A DNA stretch of 64,000 nucleotides from Clostridiales bacterium (GTDB lineage Bacteria > Bacillota > Clostridia > Saccharofermentanales > Saccharofermentanaceae). Of this stretch, positions 9,572 to 20,722 are shown piece by piece; the first letter of the stretch is position 1; each line of letters starts with the position of its first letter. The stretch is taken from positions 1-64,000 of the forward strand of contig JAFWDK010000024.1 in NCBI GenBank assembly GCA_017513085.1, given 5' to 3'. A program made the translations under genes and the position numbers. The notes beneath the pieces are model-generated. The model did not search any database. It was not told where the DNA came from and worked only from the letters and a program-made list of their open reading frames with translations.

Positions 9572-10090
9572 ATGAGTATTACTGCAATCGTTGCTGTGGA
9601 TGAAAACTGGGGAATTGGATATAAAGGTGAACTGCTGGCAAGTCTTCCTGAGGACCAGAAATTGAATTTTAAAGTTAAAACTCTGGGACATCCGGTTATA
9701 TATGGAAGAAAGACATTAGAAACGTTCCCGAAAGGCAAGCTTTTGCCTGGCAGAGAAAACATAATCCTTACGCGGAATCCGGATTTTTCTTATGAGGGTG
9801 CCACGATCATGCACTCAGTTACGGAAGTGGTGGAATATGCGGAGAAGCAACCGGATGAAACTTTTTTTATCATTGGCGGAGCACAGATCTATGAGCAGTT
9901 CCTGCCTTATTGTGACACTTGTGTCGTAACCAGGATCAAAAAGAGTTATCCGGCTGATGCGTTTTTCCCGAATCTTGATATGATCAATGCATGGGAATTG
10001 TTTTCACGTGAGCCGGAAGTTCGATCGATTAAGGGCGTAAGTTTTGAAATCTGGACGTATAGACGAGTTTCAGAATTTTTTGGGGTGTGA
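9572..10090 (+). CDS. folA: Dihydrofolate reductase
   Basis: IVAVDENWGIG, GRKT, LPGRENIILTR, IIGGAQIY, DAFFP. Confidence 0.95.
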   Translation: MSITAIVAVDENWGIGYKGELLASLPEDQKLNFKVKTLGHPVIYGRKTLETFPKGKLLPGRENIILTRNPDFSYEGATIMHSVTEVVEYAEKQPDETFFIIGGAQIYEQFLPYCDTCVVTRIKKSYPADAFFPNLDMINAWELFSREPEVRSIKGVSFEIWTYRRVSEFFGV

Positions 10091-10166
10091 AAACTGCACA
10101 AAAGAGATGTGTGCAGGATGCACAACGGTTTTCTTGTTTGTCTGTGCAACATCTACAATTCTTGCA

Positions 10167-10195
10167 TTGACGCCTTTTTTTCGTAAAGATATAAT
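10167..10195 (+). promoter_or_regulatory. Sigma-A promoter
   Basis: TTGACG-17-TATAAT upstream of the small HPr-like gene. Confidence 0.75.
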
Positions 10196-10273
10196 GAAAC
10201 CGCAAAGACAGGAAAGCTTTGCAGAGGAAAAAAGAAAGAAAGAAAACTCATTTAGATTAAGGAGGTAGTCATC

Positions 10274-10540
10274 ATGAAGGCTTTTAACATGAGCAATGTA
10301 GATGTTCACCAGTTTATGCAGGCACTTGATTCTTGTTCCGGCGATGTAATGCTTATTACAGATGAAGGTGACAAGTTCAATCTCAAGAGCAAGCTCAGCC
10401 AGATCACAGGTTTGATGAAGCTGATCGAAGGTGGTAAGCTTGTTGATGCTAAGATTTATTGCTCTAACGTTGAAGACGAGGCTCTGCTTTTCAGACTGAA
10501 TCTTTTCGGAACAGTAGAAGAAGTCGATCATATCGGCTAA
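10274..10540 (+). CDS. Small HPr-fold-like protein of unknown function
   Basis: 88 aa, strong AAGGAGGT RBS; FNLKS resembles the HPr Ser46 motif; no His15 motif. Confidence 0.6.
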   Translation: MKAFNMSNVDVHQFMQALDSCSGDVMLITDEGDKFNLKSKLSQITGLMKLIEGGKLVDAKIYCSNVEDEALLFRLNLFGTVEEVDHIG

Positions 10541-10594
10541 TCCTACGAGCAAAAGATCTTAAGAGCGGAAACATCCGCTTGGTATGATTTTTCT

Positions 10595-10622
10595 AAAAGA
10601 GGGCTGATTGCCCTCTTTTTTC
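10595..10622 (+). terminator. Intrinsic terminator
   Basis: aaaagagggc-tgatt-gccctctttt plus T tract. Confidence 0.85.
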
Positions 10623-10696
10623 TTAATATTTTCTTAGTAATTTATCTGACGTACAAGTATATAATAAGATAAGCGTATGAGGAGGATAGGGTATTC

Positions 10697-11722
10697 ATGA
10701 TCAAAGAGTTTAAAGTCAATCTGTTTCGCATTTTGCGAACTAAATCTTTTTACGTTGTATTGATTATTCTCCTTGCGCTTAGTGTATTTAGTGCTTTTGT
10801 AGTCTTTTTTGTTTCTGATGATCCACTTGATGTTTTTTATTCTGATGATGATTCTGAGACGTTAACGACAGATGAATTAGTTCAAGTACTTCAAGAAGCC
10901 GAGCAAAAGTATATGATTAATTCCCAAGCTCAAAGTTTGATTGCAGAATCCCAGTTGCCGGATACAGGAGATCCGGCAATGGATAGCCGGATCATGGAAG
11001 CGATGGAATCTATATCGAACAATGAAAAGTCTGAGGAGTCTGCAGATGCATATAATGAGTCTTTTCAGTCGTCTTTTATGGAGGGCTTTCAACTTGGTCT
11101 ATCCAGTATAAGGCCATTGAATAATACTTTAGATGTACTGAATATGTCCTTAGGCAACGAGTTGCATCTTTTCCTTTTTCAGATAATTGTCGCTTTGTAT
11201 ATTGGCGCAGAATATAAGTCCAGGTTTCATATCAATCGTTTTTCTTTGAACACTACGCGAGCAACGATCCTTTTGGGCGAATGGCTTACGTTGCAGATCC
11301 TTTTCGTGTTGATGATGGTTTTAGAGTATTTCACTACCTTAGGTTTGTCTGTTTTGTTCTGTTCGTCGTTTGAATGGACTAGAGTATCTGAATCGTTGAT
11401 TCGTTTCGGGTATTATACTCTCATAGTTATGGCTTATACTTCTTTTACTTTTATGATTGCGGTTTTACGACGCGGGAGTGCGATGGCAATCGTTTTTTCC
11501 AGCCTCTTTACATTTGATGTATTGCATCTTGTTTTTGCCGTAGCTTCGATACTGAACTCTAAAATAATGAATTTGTCGCCTTCGTTTTTATTGAGTACGG
11601 TTTCTACAAATAATACGCTCACTATTCAAACAAGTTTTGCCGTTATCGCGATTCTTATAGGGTATATTGCTGTTTTCGTCGGTTCTACTTTGTCAGTATC
11701 ATCTTATCGTGATGCGTACTAA
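10697..11722 (+). CDS. ABC-2 type transporter permease-like membrane protein
   Basis: One TM, large acidic loop, then about five TMs; N-terminal LFRILRTKSFY and IGAEYKS motifs. Confidence 0.7.
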   Translation: MIKEFKVNLFRILRTKSFYVVLIILLALSVFSAFVVFFVSDDPLDVFYSDDDSETLTTDELVQVLQEAEQKYMINSQAQSLIAESQLPDTGDPAMDSRIMEAMESISNNEKSEESADAYNESFQSSFMEGFQLGLSSIRPLNNTLDVLNMSLGNELHLFLFQIIVALYIGAEYKSRFHINRFSLNTTRATILLGEWLTLQILFVLMMVLEYFTTLGLSVLFCSSFEWTRVSESLIRFGYYTLIVMAYTSFTFMIAVLRRGSAMAIVFSSLFTFDVLHLVFAVASILNSKIMNLSPSFLLSTVSTNNTLTIQTSFAVIAILIGYIAVFVGSTLSVSSYRDAY

Positions 11723-11776
11723 AAGTACGAAGTGTGTTATAATATTGTCCACGAAAAAGAATGCTTGGAGAATATA

Positions 11777-12604
11777 ATGATCAATTATCTGTATAATTCC
11801 AGGGATATTGCGGCATATTTTAAGTGGGCCGGCGTTTCCTCTCACCAGGAGAAAGAGTATCTGCACTATATTTTTATGATCGGTGCCGATATCCTTGCCA
11901 AACCACTTACACGCGAATATGAAGCATTTGAAACTGCAGTATATAGAGATTTATACTATTTATGGTCGGAGGGCTTTGAAAACGAGTTTTCCGATATTGC
12001 TACGATTGCGCCCAAGGGCGCTGTTTCACTGATCTGTGATCAGGAATTTATATGTCTGGAATCGTATATGAAGCTTCTTGCTTTGCATCTGATCTTTTCC
12101 AGAAATCTGCCTTATGTACACGTCAACTTCAATGGGCTTATGTTACCGTTAGGCTTAAAGGGCGATTTTTCCGATTATGAGCGTAATGTAGCGATAGCAT
12201 GTGAAACACTCCATCTTGTTACAAGAGATGTTTTCGGTAAACCATTCGATCTTCATCTCGGCATTCCGGATGAAGTGCTCTGTCTTTCTTTGGAACAGTC
12301 ATTCCGGCAATCTTTGTCCGCCCATGAGGATTTCCGTAAACGTTTTATTAAACATGCTGCTTCGCGTCTTGCTGAATTAAAACTCACGTCCAAAGCGATT
12401 CATGAGAAAGAAGAAAAGAAGAAAGAACGCAATTTGAAGAGAAAACTCGCACGGGAGAAGGCAAATCAGAATAGAATGGCTGAAAAGTCAAAGCGTTCAG
12501 TTTCTTCAGGAAAGAAAGAAACTACTACTGTTGTGAAAAAATCAGAGAAGATAGAAAAAGAAAAAACGGCTGGAAAGAAGCCGGATAAAAAGAAACCAGA
12601 ATAA
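11777..12604 (+). CDS. Hypothetical protein with Lys/Glu-rich C-terminal tail
   Basis: Long ORF, GGAG RBS before ATG 11777; no recognised motif. Confidence 0.65.
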   Translation: MINYLYNSRDIAAYFKWAGVSSHQEKEYLHYIFMIGADILAKPLTREYEAFETAVYRDLYYLWSEGFENEFSDIATIAPKGAVSLICDQEFICLESYMKLLALHLIFSRNLPYVHVNFNGLMLPLGLKGDFSDYERNVAIACETLHLVTRDVFGKPFDLHLGIPDEVLCLSLEQSFRQSLSAHEDFRKRFIKHAASRLAELKLTSKAIHEKEEKKKERNLKRKLAREKANQNRMAEKSKRSVSSGKKETTTVVKKSEKIEKEKTAGKKPDKKKPE

Positions 12605-12616
12605 AGGGATACGGGT

Positions 12617-15600
12617 ATGAGCAATACATTGAACATGGGACTGGACATTGGTTCCACGACTATAAAGATCGTTTTAACGGAAGGCGAGAAGATCGTTTAC
12701 CAGGAATATCGAAGACACCATTCTGATATTGCCGGCGAGCTTTTAAGTGCTTTTGAAGAAGTAAACAAGAAGTTCCCGGATTTGAGAGCCAGAGTGCAGA
12801 TTACGGGTTCCGGCGGACTTTCCGTTGCGAAATGGCTTGGCCTTGATTTTGTTCAGGAAGTTATTGCTGAAACTGTTGCGATTTCGAAATATCATCCCGA
12901 AACGGACGTCATCATCGAATTAGGAGGAGAAGACGCGAAGATCACATATCTGCACCCTGTTCCGGAGCAGAGAATGAATGGTACATGCGCTGGCGGAACG
13001 GGTGCTTTTATCGATCAGATGGCTACACTTCTGCGTACTGATGCAGACGGCCTGAATGAGATGGCGAAGTCCTATAAGACGCTTTATACGATTGCTTCAC
13101 GCTGCGGCGTTTTTGCCAAGAGCGATCTTCAGCCTTTGATCAATGAAGGGGCTGCCAAGGAAGACCTGGCGGCATCCATTTTCCAGGCAGTTGTCAATCA
13201 GACGATTGCCGGACTTGCGTGTGGACGTCCGATCCGTGGACATATCGCATTCCTTGGTGGTCCGTTGTTCTTTAATTCTGAGCTTCGTAAGGCGTTTGAG
13301 AGAACGCTGGAAGAGCAGGTCAAATCATTCTGGATCCCTGATAATGCGCAGATCTATGTTGCTCTGGGAGCTGCACTGGGAGCTAAGGGCAAAGAAGTTC
13401 TGCTTTCCGATCTGATAGCTTCTTTTGCATCCAAGGAGGGTTTTGAACCGGATATCAAGCGTATCGCGCCGTTGTTTGCCGATGCCCGTGAAAAAGAACT
13501 GTTTGATGAGCGTCATCAGCGTGCCACTCTGGATCTGTATCAGTTGGCTAAGCAGAAGGGTCCTTGCTATCTGGGTATTGATGCCGGTAGTACGACCACT
13601 AAAGCTGTTCTGATCAACGAAGAGGGACAGATGGTCTACACCTATTATGCAAGTAACCAGGGCAATCCGGTAAAGAGTGCCGTAAATATCGTTAAGCAAC
13701 TTTACGAGCAGATGCCGCCGGAAACTTATATCGCGAACAGTTGTGTTACAGGATATGGTGAAAACATAATCCGTGCTGCATTGGGCGTTGATCTGGGTGA
13801 AATTGAAACAATGGCACATTTCCAGTCGGCAAAGTATTTCTGCCCGGATGTCGATTTTATTATTGATATCGGCGGACAGGATATGAAGTGCATGAAGATC
13901 CGAAATGGTGTAATTGACTCCATTATGCTGAATGAGGCCTGTTCTTCAGGCTGCGGATCCTTTATCCAGACTTTTGCTGAGAATCTGAATATGGATGCCC
14001 ATACTTTCTCTTTGGAAGCTTTGTCCGCTAAAAATCCGGTCGATCTTGGAACCAGATGTACCGTATTCATGAATTCCAAAGTCAAGCAGGCACAGAAAGA
14101 GGGAGCGACCGTTGGTGATATTTCCGCGGGACTTTCGTATTCTGTCGTCCGTAATGCACTTTATAAAGTTATCAAGATCCGTGATACGCAGGAGCTTGGA
14201 AAGAAGATCGTCGTGCAGGGAGGTACTTTCCTGAATGATGCGATCCTTCGTTGTTTTGAGCTGATTTCCGGACGAGAAGTCATTAGACCGAATGTAGCCG
14301 GCCTGATGGGTGCTTTTGGCGCTGCAATCATTGCTAAAAAACGTATGCCGAAGGATCAGAAAGTATCAGGTCTTCTTGGTCTGGAAGAACTCAATCGTTT
14401 TGATATGACGACAGAGATGACGACATGCCCGCTTTGCACGAATCATTGTAAATTGACGATCTCGACTTTCTCGAACGGAGAACGCTTTATTTCAGGTAAC
14501 CGATGTGAGCGTGGTGAGGGGAAGGAAAAGGCGAAAGATACTTTACCGAATCTGATTGCGTATAAATATGCCAGAACGTTCCGTTATAAACCTCTTGCTA
14601 AGGATAAGGCTCCGCGTGGAGAGATCGGTATACCGAGAGCTCTGAATATGTATGAGAATTACCCGTTCTGGTTTACTGTGCTGACAGAACTCGGTTTTTC
14701 GGTCGTTATTTCACCAAGGTCAAATCATGAATTGTTTGAGAAGGGTATGGATTCTATTCCTTCTGAGAGCGTTTGCTACCCGGCCAAGCTTGTTCATGGT
14801 CATATTGAGAGCCTGATCGAGAAGGGGATCAAGACTATATTCTATCCTGATATTCCGTATGAACGTCACGAGAATAAGAATTCCGGAAATCACTTTAATT
14901 GTCCGATCGTGGCGTCTTATCCGGAAGTGATCCGTAATAATCTGGAAAATATCCAGGATAAGGGAATTAAGTATCTGAATCCATTCCTGCCTTTGGATAA
15001 CGATGATGCTCTTGCAGAGCAGCTGGCGATCGCTTTTGCTGAGTTTGGTGTGACGAAAGCCGAGGCTGAGAAGGCGGTTGCGGCAGGAAACAAAGAGTAT
15101 GATGATTACAAAGCTGATATCAGAAGAAAAGGTCAGGAAGTCATCGAAGATCTGGAGCGCACCGGACAGAAGGGTATAGTGCTTTCGGGGCGTCCGTATC
15201 ACACAGATCCGGAGATCCATCATGGTATCCCGGAGATGATCAATTCACTTGGCCTGGCCGTTCTTAGCGAGGATAGTGTGGCTGTTCCGGGAAGACTGCA
15301 GCGTCCGATCCGTGTTGTAGACCAGTGGATGTATCATACACGTCTTTATGAAGCTGCCGCTTATGTTGCGACTAACGATAATCTGGAATTGGTGCAGCTT
15401 ACTTCTTTTGGTTGCGGACTTGATGCCGTAACGTCCGACCAGGTTCAGGAGATCCTGGAATCTCAAGGAAAGCTATATACTTTGCTGAAAATCGATGAAG
15501 TAAGCAATCTGGGTGCTGCGCGTATCCGTATGCGTTCTTTGAAGGTCGCTATGGATGAACGTGAGGCGGCTAGAAAAGACGGCACTATGCCGAAAAGAGA

Positions 15601-17011
15601 GAGAAAGTCGTATACGATCAAGCGTGTTCCGTTTACAGAAGAACACAAGAAGCGTCATACGATCCTGGCACCACAGATGGCTCCGATCGAGTTTGAGTTT
15701 GTTGAGGCAGTATTCCACCATCACGGATATAAGTTGAAAGTTCTCAAGCAGGCGACTCAGGCAGATATCGAGTGTGGATTGCGCTTTGTCAACAATGACG
15801 CATGTTTCCCGACGGTCATCGTTGTTGGTCAGATGGTCAATGCAATCTTATCCGGCGAAGTGGACCGTGATAATACTACGGTGCTTATTACTCAGACGGG
15901 TGGCGGTTGCCGTGCGACGAACTATGTTGCTTTCTTGAGAAAAGCACTTCGCGAAGCCGGATATGGCGATATCCCGGTCATTGCTCTTTCTGTGCAGCAG
16001 TTTGAGAAGAATCCTGGATTTAAACCGACCTTGCCGTTTATTAACAGCGCACTCCGTGCCGTTTGCTATGGAGATATGCTCCAGACGTTGCTTTTGCGTG
16101 TGCGTCCGTATGAGAAGGTCAAAGGATCGGCCAATGCTTTGTATCAGTTCTGGAACCGTTGCGGCAAACTTTTCTTTAATCCAAAGGAGAAGTTTGAGGA
16201 TATAACGACCGAGTATATCATGGCGGAAGCTTGCAAGAACGTGCCTTTGACCGAGGAAGAAAAAAAAGCGGTCGAAGATCTGCTCCGCGAACTTCATTGC
16301 GCAAAGATCGGTCGTCCGTCATCTTACAGGCGTTTGATCGATGCGACCATTGATACTTTTGACAAATTCCCGATGCTGGATATTCCTAGAAAGCCACGCG
16401 TCGGTCTGGTCGGTGAGATCCTCGTTAAATTCCAGCCTGATGCCAATAACCATGCTGTAGACGTTGTTGAACAGGAAGGCTGTGAAGCAGTTGTTCCGGG
16501 TCTTTTGGATTTCTTCCTGTATTGTGCGATGGGTCCTGTCTGGGCGGCGGATCACCTGGGAAGAAGTAAGAAGTCTGCATGGCTTTCAAACCGTGGAATC
16601 GATCTTCTCCAATCTTATCGTCGGCATATCGTCAAAAAGATGGCCGAGACAGGGAAGTTCCAGCTTCCGCAGAGTATCCGTCATATGGCAAAGAAAGCGG
16701 AGAGCGTGCTATCCTGTGGAAATGACAATGGTGAAGGCTGGTTCCTGACCGCTGAAATGATTGAACTGATCGAGAGCGGAGTACCGAATATTATTTGTGC
16801 TCAGCCGTTTGCATGCCTTCCAAACCATGTTACCGGAAAGGGTATGATCAAAGAGTTGAGAAGACAATATCCGGAGTCTAACATTATTCCGATCGACTAC
16901 GATCCGGGCGCCAGCGAAGCCAACCAGCTGAACCGTATCAAACTTATGGTCAGCACAGCGCATTATCGGGAAGAGATGAAGAGACAGAAAGAAGAGAATA
17001 ACAATAAGTGA
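12617..17011 (+). CDS. Fused acyl-CoA dehydratase activase / DUF2229 Fe-S protein, probable single-gene plasmalogen synthase (PlsA-PlsR type)
   Basis: Two BadF/BcrD-type ATPase domains ([16 protein letters not shown]; CAGGTG, CSSGCG), CxxCxNxC, SESVCYP, SFGCG, then [25 protein letters not shown]. Confidence 0.75.
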   Translation: MSNTLNMGLDIGSTTIKIVLTEGEKIVYQEYRRHHSDIAGELLSAFEEVNKKFPDLRARVQITGSGGLSVAKWLGLDFVQEVIAETVAISKYHPETDVIIELGGEDAKITYLHPVPEQRMNGTCAGGTGAFIDQMATLLRTDADGLNEMAKSYKTLYTIASRCGVFAKSDLQPLINEGAAKEDLAASIFQAVVNQTIAGLACGRPIRGHIAFLGGPLFFNSELRKAFERTLEEQVKSFWIPDNAQIYVALGAALGAKGKEVLLSDLIASFASKEGFEPDIKRIAPLFADAREKELFDERHQRATLDLYQLAKQKGPCYLGIDAGSTTTKAVLINEEGQMVYTYYASNQGNPVKSAVNIVKQLYEQMPPETYIANSCVTGYGENIIRAALGVDLGEIETMAHFQSAKYFCPDVDFIIDIGGQDMKCMKIRNGVIDSIMLNEACSSGCGSFIQTFAENLNMDAHTFSLEALSAKNPVDLGTRCTVFMNSKVKQAQKEGATVGDISAGLSYSVVRNALYKVIKIRDTQELGKKIVVQGGTFLNDAILRCFELISGREVIRPNVAGLMGAFGAAIIAKKRMPKDQKVSGLLGLEELNRFDMTTEMTTCPLCTNHCKLTISTFSNGERFISGNRCERGEGKEKAKDTLPNLIAYKYARTFRYKPLAKDKAPRGEIGIPRALNMYENYPFWFTVLTELGFSVVISPRSNHELFEKGMDSIPSESVCYPAKLVHGHIESLIEKGIKTIFYPDIPYERHENKNSGNHFNCPIVASYPEVIRNNLENIQDKGIKYLNPFLPLDNDDALAEQLAIAFAEFGVTKAEAEKAVAAGNKEYDDYKADIRRKGQEVIEDLERTGQKGIVLSGRPYHTDPEIHHGIPEMINSLGLAVLSEDSVAVPGRLQRPIRVVDQWMYHTRLYEAAAYVATNDNLELVQLTSFGCGLDAVTSDQVQEILESQGKLYTLLKIDEVSNLGAARIRMRSLKVAMDEREAARKDGTMPKRERKSYTIKRVPFTEEHKKRHTILAPQMAPIEFEFVEAVFHHHGYKLKVLKQATQADIECGLRFVNNDACFPTVIVVGQMVNAILSGEVDRDNTTVLITQTGGGCRATNYVAFLRKALREAGYGDIPVIALSVQQFEKNPGFKPTLPFINSALRAVCYGDMLQTLLLRVRPYEKVKGSANALYQFWNRCGKLFFNPKEKFEDITTEYIMAEACKNVPLTEEEKKAVEDLLRELHCAKIGRPSSYRRLIDATIDTFDKFPMLDIPRKPRVGLVGEILVKFQPDANNHAVDVVEQEGCEAVVPGLLDFFLYCAMGPVWAADHLGRSKKSAWLSNRGIDLLQSYRRHIVKKMAETGKFQLPQSIRHMAKKAESVLSCGNDNGEGWFLTAEMIELIESGVPNIICAQPFACLPNHVTGKGMIKELRRQYPESNIIPIDYDPGASEANQLNRIKLMVSTAHYREEMKRQKEENNNK

Positions 17012-17029
17012 TTTTCAGGAGATAGCGAC

Positions 17030-19795
17030 ATGTCCGAAACCAAGCGTATCCTTCTGGTAGATGGTAACAGTATTATTAACCGATCCTATTACGCCACCGC
17101 AGGCCGTAACAACCTGACGGCCCCTGATGGTACGCCGACCGGCGCAGTCAATATCTATCTCAACACACTTGCCAAGTACATGAGTGAGGTTGAACCTACT
17201 CATACTTGCACGCTCTTTGATCTCAAGGCGCCAACATTCCGTCACAAGGAATATGCCGAGTACAAAGGGACCCGAAAAGGCATGCCGGATGATCTGGCGG
17301 CGCAGATGCCGGTGCTGAAAGAAGTACTGGACGCTATGGGGTTCCCTCGCTATGAACACGAAGGCCTGGAAGCGGATGACTTGATCGGCACATTAAAGAC
17401 AATGTCTGTAAATGCAGGCTTTGAGGTTTTTATTCTTAGCGGAGACAAAGATGATTTCCAGTTGATCGATCCGCATACTAAGATCATCATGCCCGTGACC
17501 AAGAAAGATGGAAGCGGCACGGATTATTACGACGAAGTGCTTTTTACCGAGAGGTACGGTATCGCGTCTTCCGATTTTGTTACGGCAAAAGCACTGATGG
17601 GTGACAGCAGTGATAATATTCCCGGTGTGAAGGGTATCGGTGAGAAGGGTGCTATGGAACTTGTCCGTAAGTACGGTACTCTGGATAATCTCTATGCGCA
17701 TCTTGATGAATTAAGCCCGAAACTTCGCGAAAAACTTGAGAATGATAAAGACAACGCATATATGTCTTTACGGCTTTCGAAGATCGTGACAGATGCAGAT
17801 CTGAATATTACTCTGGATCAGCTTATTAGAAAGCCGATCGATATGCAACAGGCGGCAACTTGTTTTTACAAGTTCGGATTCCGAAGCCAGATGAAGAAAT
17901 GGGGCATTGATGAAAACTCTGCCATAACCGAACAGGTTTCTTCGGAAGAAAGCCAGGAAGAAGGGGAGTATCCGAAGCTTTCAGGAAAGAAGCCGCATAT
18001 CTTATTGAATCAGGATGTCGTATCGGTGCTCCCGACTATTCTTTCCGGCATCAGTCCTGACAATCCGGCCGCCTTGGACATGGACGATATCCAAGGACCT
18101 GTTCTTGCTCTTTCTGTTGCACCGGATCAGGTATATATGTGGTCGGATAAAGCTGATCAGGAAAAGATCATAACTGAGCTGGGAAAGGCCGGTATTGGTA
18201 AAGATAAGGAACACGCGCCGATCACCTACAGAACGAAGAATCACTTCAAAGTATTTGAAAACAGCATTCCTTTCGATGTTGTTTTCGATGTCGAGATAGC
18301 CGGATATGTCCTGAACTCGATCGAGGGAGCGGATCCTTCTTTTGAGATGCTTCTTGAACATGGCACACGGCGCCCGTTCCCGATCCTGGAAGGATATAGA
18401 GAAGAAAAGGGTGAAACCAAAAACCGGCAGCAGGATCTTTTCTCCTTGCTTGAATCTGCATCTTCCGCTCCAAAAGAACTTACGGATGATGACCTTTTGG
18501 ATTATGCGTATCGGATACTTCTGGTCCGCTGGCTGTCGTATTTCCAGAAAGCAGAGATTGAAAAACAGGATATCGGAAAACTGATCTATGAGATCGAAAT
18601 GCCGCTTGTTATGGTGTTGGACCGTATGGAGCGAAGTGGCATTCTGGTTGATGTGGCGCAGATCGATACCCTCCACGAAGAATTTGATAAGAAACTATCT
18701 GTGCTGGAACAGGAGATCTATGATCTTGCCGGTGAAGAATTCTCCATTCTATCCACCAAACAGCTCGGACAAGTGCTTTTTGATAAACTTGCTCTTCCGT
18801 CCGGAAAAAAGCTTAAGAGCGGGGGATACTCCACGAATTCGGATGAACTGGAAAGACTCCGCGATAAACATCCGATCGTGGATAAAGTCCTGGAATACCG
18901 TCAGATCCAGAAACTCGACTCTACCTTCGTTCTTGGCCTTAAGAAGAGTATTTCGGAAAAAGACGGGCGTGTGCATACGACTTTCAGCCAGGCCATGACC
19001 AATACAGGACGTCTTTCTTCATCCGATCCGAATCTTCAGAATATCCCGATCCGTTCGGATCTCGGCAGTTTGATCCGCCGCGCTTTTGTAGCGAAAGAGG
19101 GCTATGTCTTGATCGACGCGGATTATTCACAGATCGAATTGCGTCTTTTGGCGGCAATTTCTCACGATGAAGAAATGATCTCCGCTTTTAAAGAGGGCAG
19201 GGATATCCATACGAAAACAGCCTGCGGTATTTTCGGAGTCAGTCCGGAAATGATCGATCCCGGAATGCGTGCGGCGGCCAAAAGAGTGAACTTCAGTATT
19301 GTATATGGAGTCAGCGATTATGGCTTGTCTCAAGATCTTGGCGTTAGTGTATACGAGGCGCACCGGTATATTGAAGAGTATTACCGTCAGTTCCCGACGA
19401 TCAAGCCATGTCTGGAAGGCTTTAAGCAGGAAGGGCACGACAAAGGATATGTTTCCACGCTTTTCGGCAGAAGAAGGATCTTGAAGGAACTTAATTCTGC
19501 GAATCACAATATCCGAAGCTTCGGCGAACGCGCGGCCATGAATACGCCGATCCAGGGAACCGCCGCGGATATTATTAAACTTGCGATGAACCGTGCGGCC
19601 CAAGCGCTTCAAGAAGCGGATCTGGATGCTAAACTCATATTGCAGGTCCACGATGAATTGATCGTGGAAGCCAAAGAAGAAATCGCGCCCCAGGCTGCGA
19701 AGATCCTTCAAGATGCGATGGAACAGGTTGTATCGCTTGATGTACCGCTTCTTGCAGAAGCCCGGATCGGTCACAGTTGGGCGGAAGCGCATTGA
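17030..19795 (+). CDS. polA: DNA polymerase I
   Basis: LLVDGNS, EADD, GDSSDNIPGV, TGRLSSSDPNLQNIP, DYSQIELR, LQVHDE. Confidence 0.98.
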   Translation: MSETKRILLVDGNSIINRSYYATAGRNNLTAPDGTPTGAVNIYLNTLAKYMSEVEPTHTCTLFDLKAPTFRHKEYAEYKGTRKGMPDDLAAQMPVLKEVLDAMGFPRYEHEGLEADDLIGTLKTMSVNAGFEVFILSGDKDDFQLIDPHTKIIMPVTKKDGSGTDYYDEVLFTERYGIASSDFVTAKALMGDSSDNIPGVKGIGEKGAMELVRKYGTLDNLYAHLDELSPKLREKLENDKDNAYMSLRLSKIVTDADLNITLDQLIRKPIDMQQAATCFYKFGFRSQMKKWGIDENSAITEQVSSEESQEEGEYPKLSGKKPHILLNQDVVSVLPTILSGISPDNPAALDMDDIQGPVLALSVAPDQVYMWSDKADQEKIITELGKAGIGKDKEHAPITYRTKNHFKVFENSIPFDVVFDVEIAGYVLNSIEGADPSFEMLLEHGTRRPFPILEGYREEKGETKNRQQDLFSLLESASSAPKELTDDDLLDYAYRILLVRWLSYFQKAEIEKQDIGKLIYEIEMPLVMVLDRMERSGILVDVAQIDTLHEEFDKKLSVLEQEIYDLAGEEFSILSTKQLGQVLFDKLALPSGKKLKSGGYSTNSDELERLRDKHPIVDKVLEYRQIQKLDSTFVLGLKKSISEKDGRVHTTFSQAMTNTGRLSSSDPNLQNIPIRSDLGSLIRRAFVAKEGYVLIDADYSQIELRLLAAISHDEEMISAFKEGRDIHTKTACGIFGVSPEMIDPGMRAAAKRVNFSIVYGVSDYGLSQDLGVSVYEAHRYIEEYYRQFPTIKPCLEGFKQEGHDKGYVSTLFGRRRILKELNSANHNIRSFGERAAMNTPIQGTAADIIKLAMNRAAQALQEADLDAKLILQVHDELIVEAKEEIAPQAAKILQDAMEQVVSLDVPLLAEARIGHSWAEAH

Positions 19796-19813
19796 CAGGA
19801 AAAGGAGAATTTC

Positions 19814-20422
19814 ATGTTTGTTTTAGGAATAACAGGTGGCATCGGATGCGGCAAAAGCACTGTTTCCGGATACTTCCGGGAAAGAAATGTCCGTGTTCTG
19901 GATGCAGATGAGATCTCAAGACAAGTTACGGATGTCGGCGGTGCTGCACTGCCTGAAATAGCAGAACTTTTGGGAAGCCGGGCTATTAATTCGCAGGGTG
20001 CTTTGAACAGGAAATATGTGGCCTCGCTTGTCTTTTCCGAGAAGAAGAAGCTGGATAAGCTTTCTTCTATTATTCATAAGTATGTTCTTTCCACGATTGC
20101 GGAAGAAATCGTAAAAGAAGCGGAGAAAAAAACGAAACTCCTTGTTCTGGATGTACCGATCCCGGTCAAACATGGTTTTGTCGACGTCTGCAACCAGATC
20201 TGGGTCGTGAGCACAAGAGATGACATACGTCTAGACCGTCTCGTGCTGCGCGGCATGGATCGTGAAGACGCGAAAAAACGGATGGCGATGCAGATGACAC
20301 GCGAAGAGTACGAGGAATTGGGCGATGTTATACTGGTCAATGACGGAACTATAGATGAGTTGATCCTTCAAATCGAGGATGCTGTGAAAAAAGAACTAAA
20401 CGAGCGAGGGATAAGGCTATGA
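19814..20422 (+). CDS. coaE: Dephospho-CoA kinase
   Basis: GITGGIGCGKST P-loop, DAD motif, directly after polA. Confidence 0.93.
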   Translation: MFVLGITGGIGCGKSTVSGYFRERNVRVLDADEISRQVTDVGGAALPEIAELLGSRAINSQGALNRKYVASLVFSEKKKLDKLSSIIHKYVLSTIAEEIVKEAEKKTKLLVLDVPIPVKHGFVDVCNQIWVVSTRDDIRLDRLVLRGMDREDAKKRMAMQMTREEYEELGDVILVNDGTIDELILQIEDAVKKELNERGIRL

Positions 20423-20706
20423 ATGCAAAAGTGATCCTATCGTTATGTTTCCTGGTTTTCTCCGTTATTGTAACGATCCTTTTTTTTACCGTGCTTCGAA
20501 AAAAGAAATACGGAAAGTTCTGCGGAGCTTCCTCTGTGGCATATGCATCCGGGTGTCTTTTTATATTTCTTTTGGCTCTTCTCAAGAAAGATGCACCGAT
20601 GATCTTTGTTATCCTTGCAGATTCTCTTGTTACCGGAGTATTTATATTTACAACCGTGATGCTGATTTTAGTCAGCACAAAGATCGTGGAGGAGAAAACT
20701 TCCTGA
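20419..20706 (+). CDS. Small hypothetical membrane protein (three TM)
   Basis: ATGA overlap with the coaE stop; three hydrophobic segments. Confidence 0.6.
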   Translation: MNAKVILSLCFLVFSVIVTILFFTVLRKKKYGKFCGASSVAYASGCLFIFLLALLKKDAPMIFVILADSLVTGVFIFTTVMLILVSTKIVEEKTS

Positions 20707-20722
20707 AAGCGAGGAAACGAAT

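Noticed and set aside
10200-10230. Possible c-di-GMP riboswitch in the leader (gcaaag...ctttgc)
   Set aside because: Only a single short hairpin; the two-stem GEMM architecture is missing
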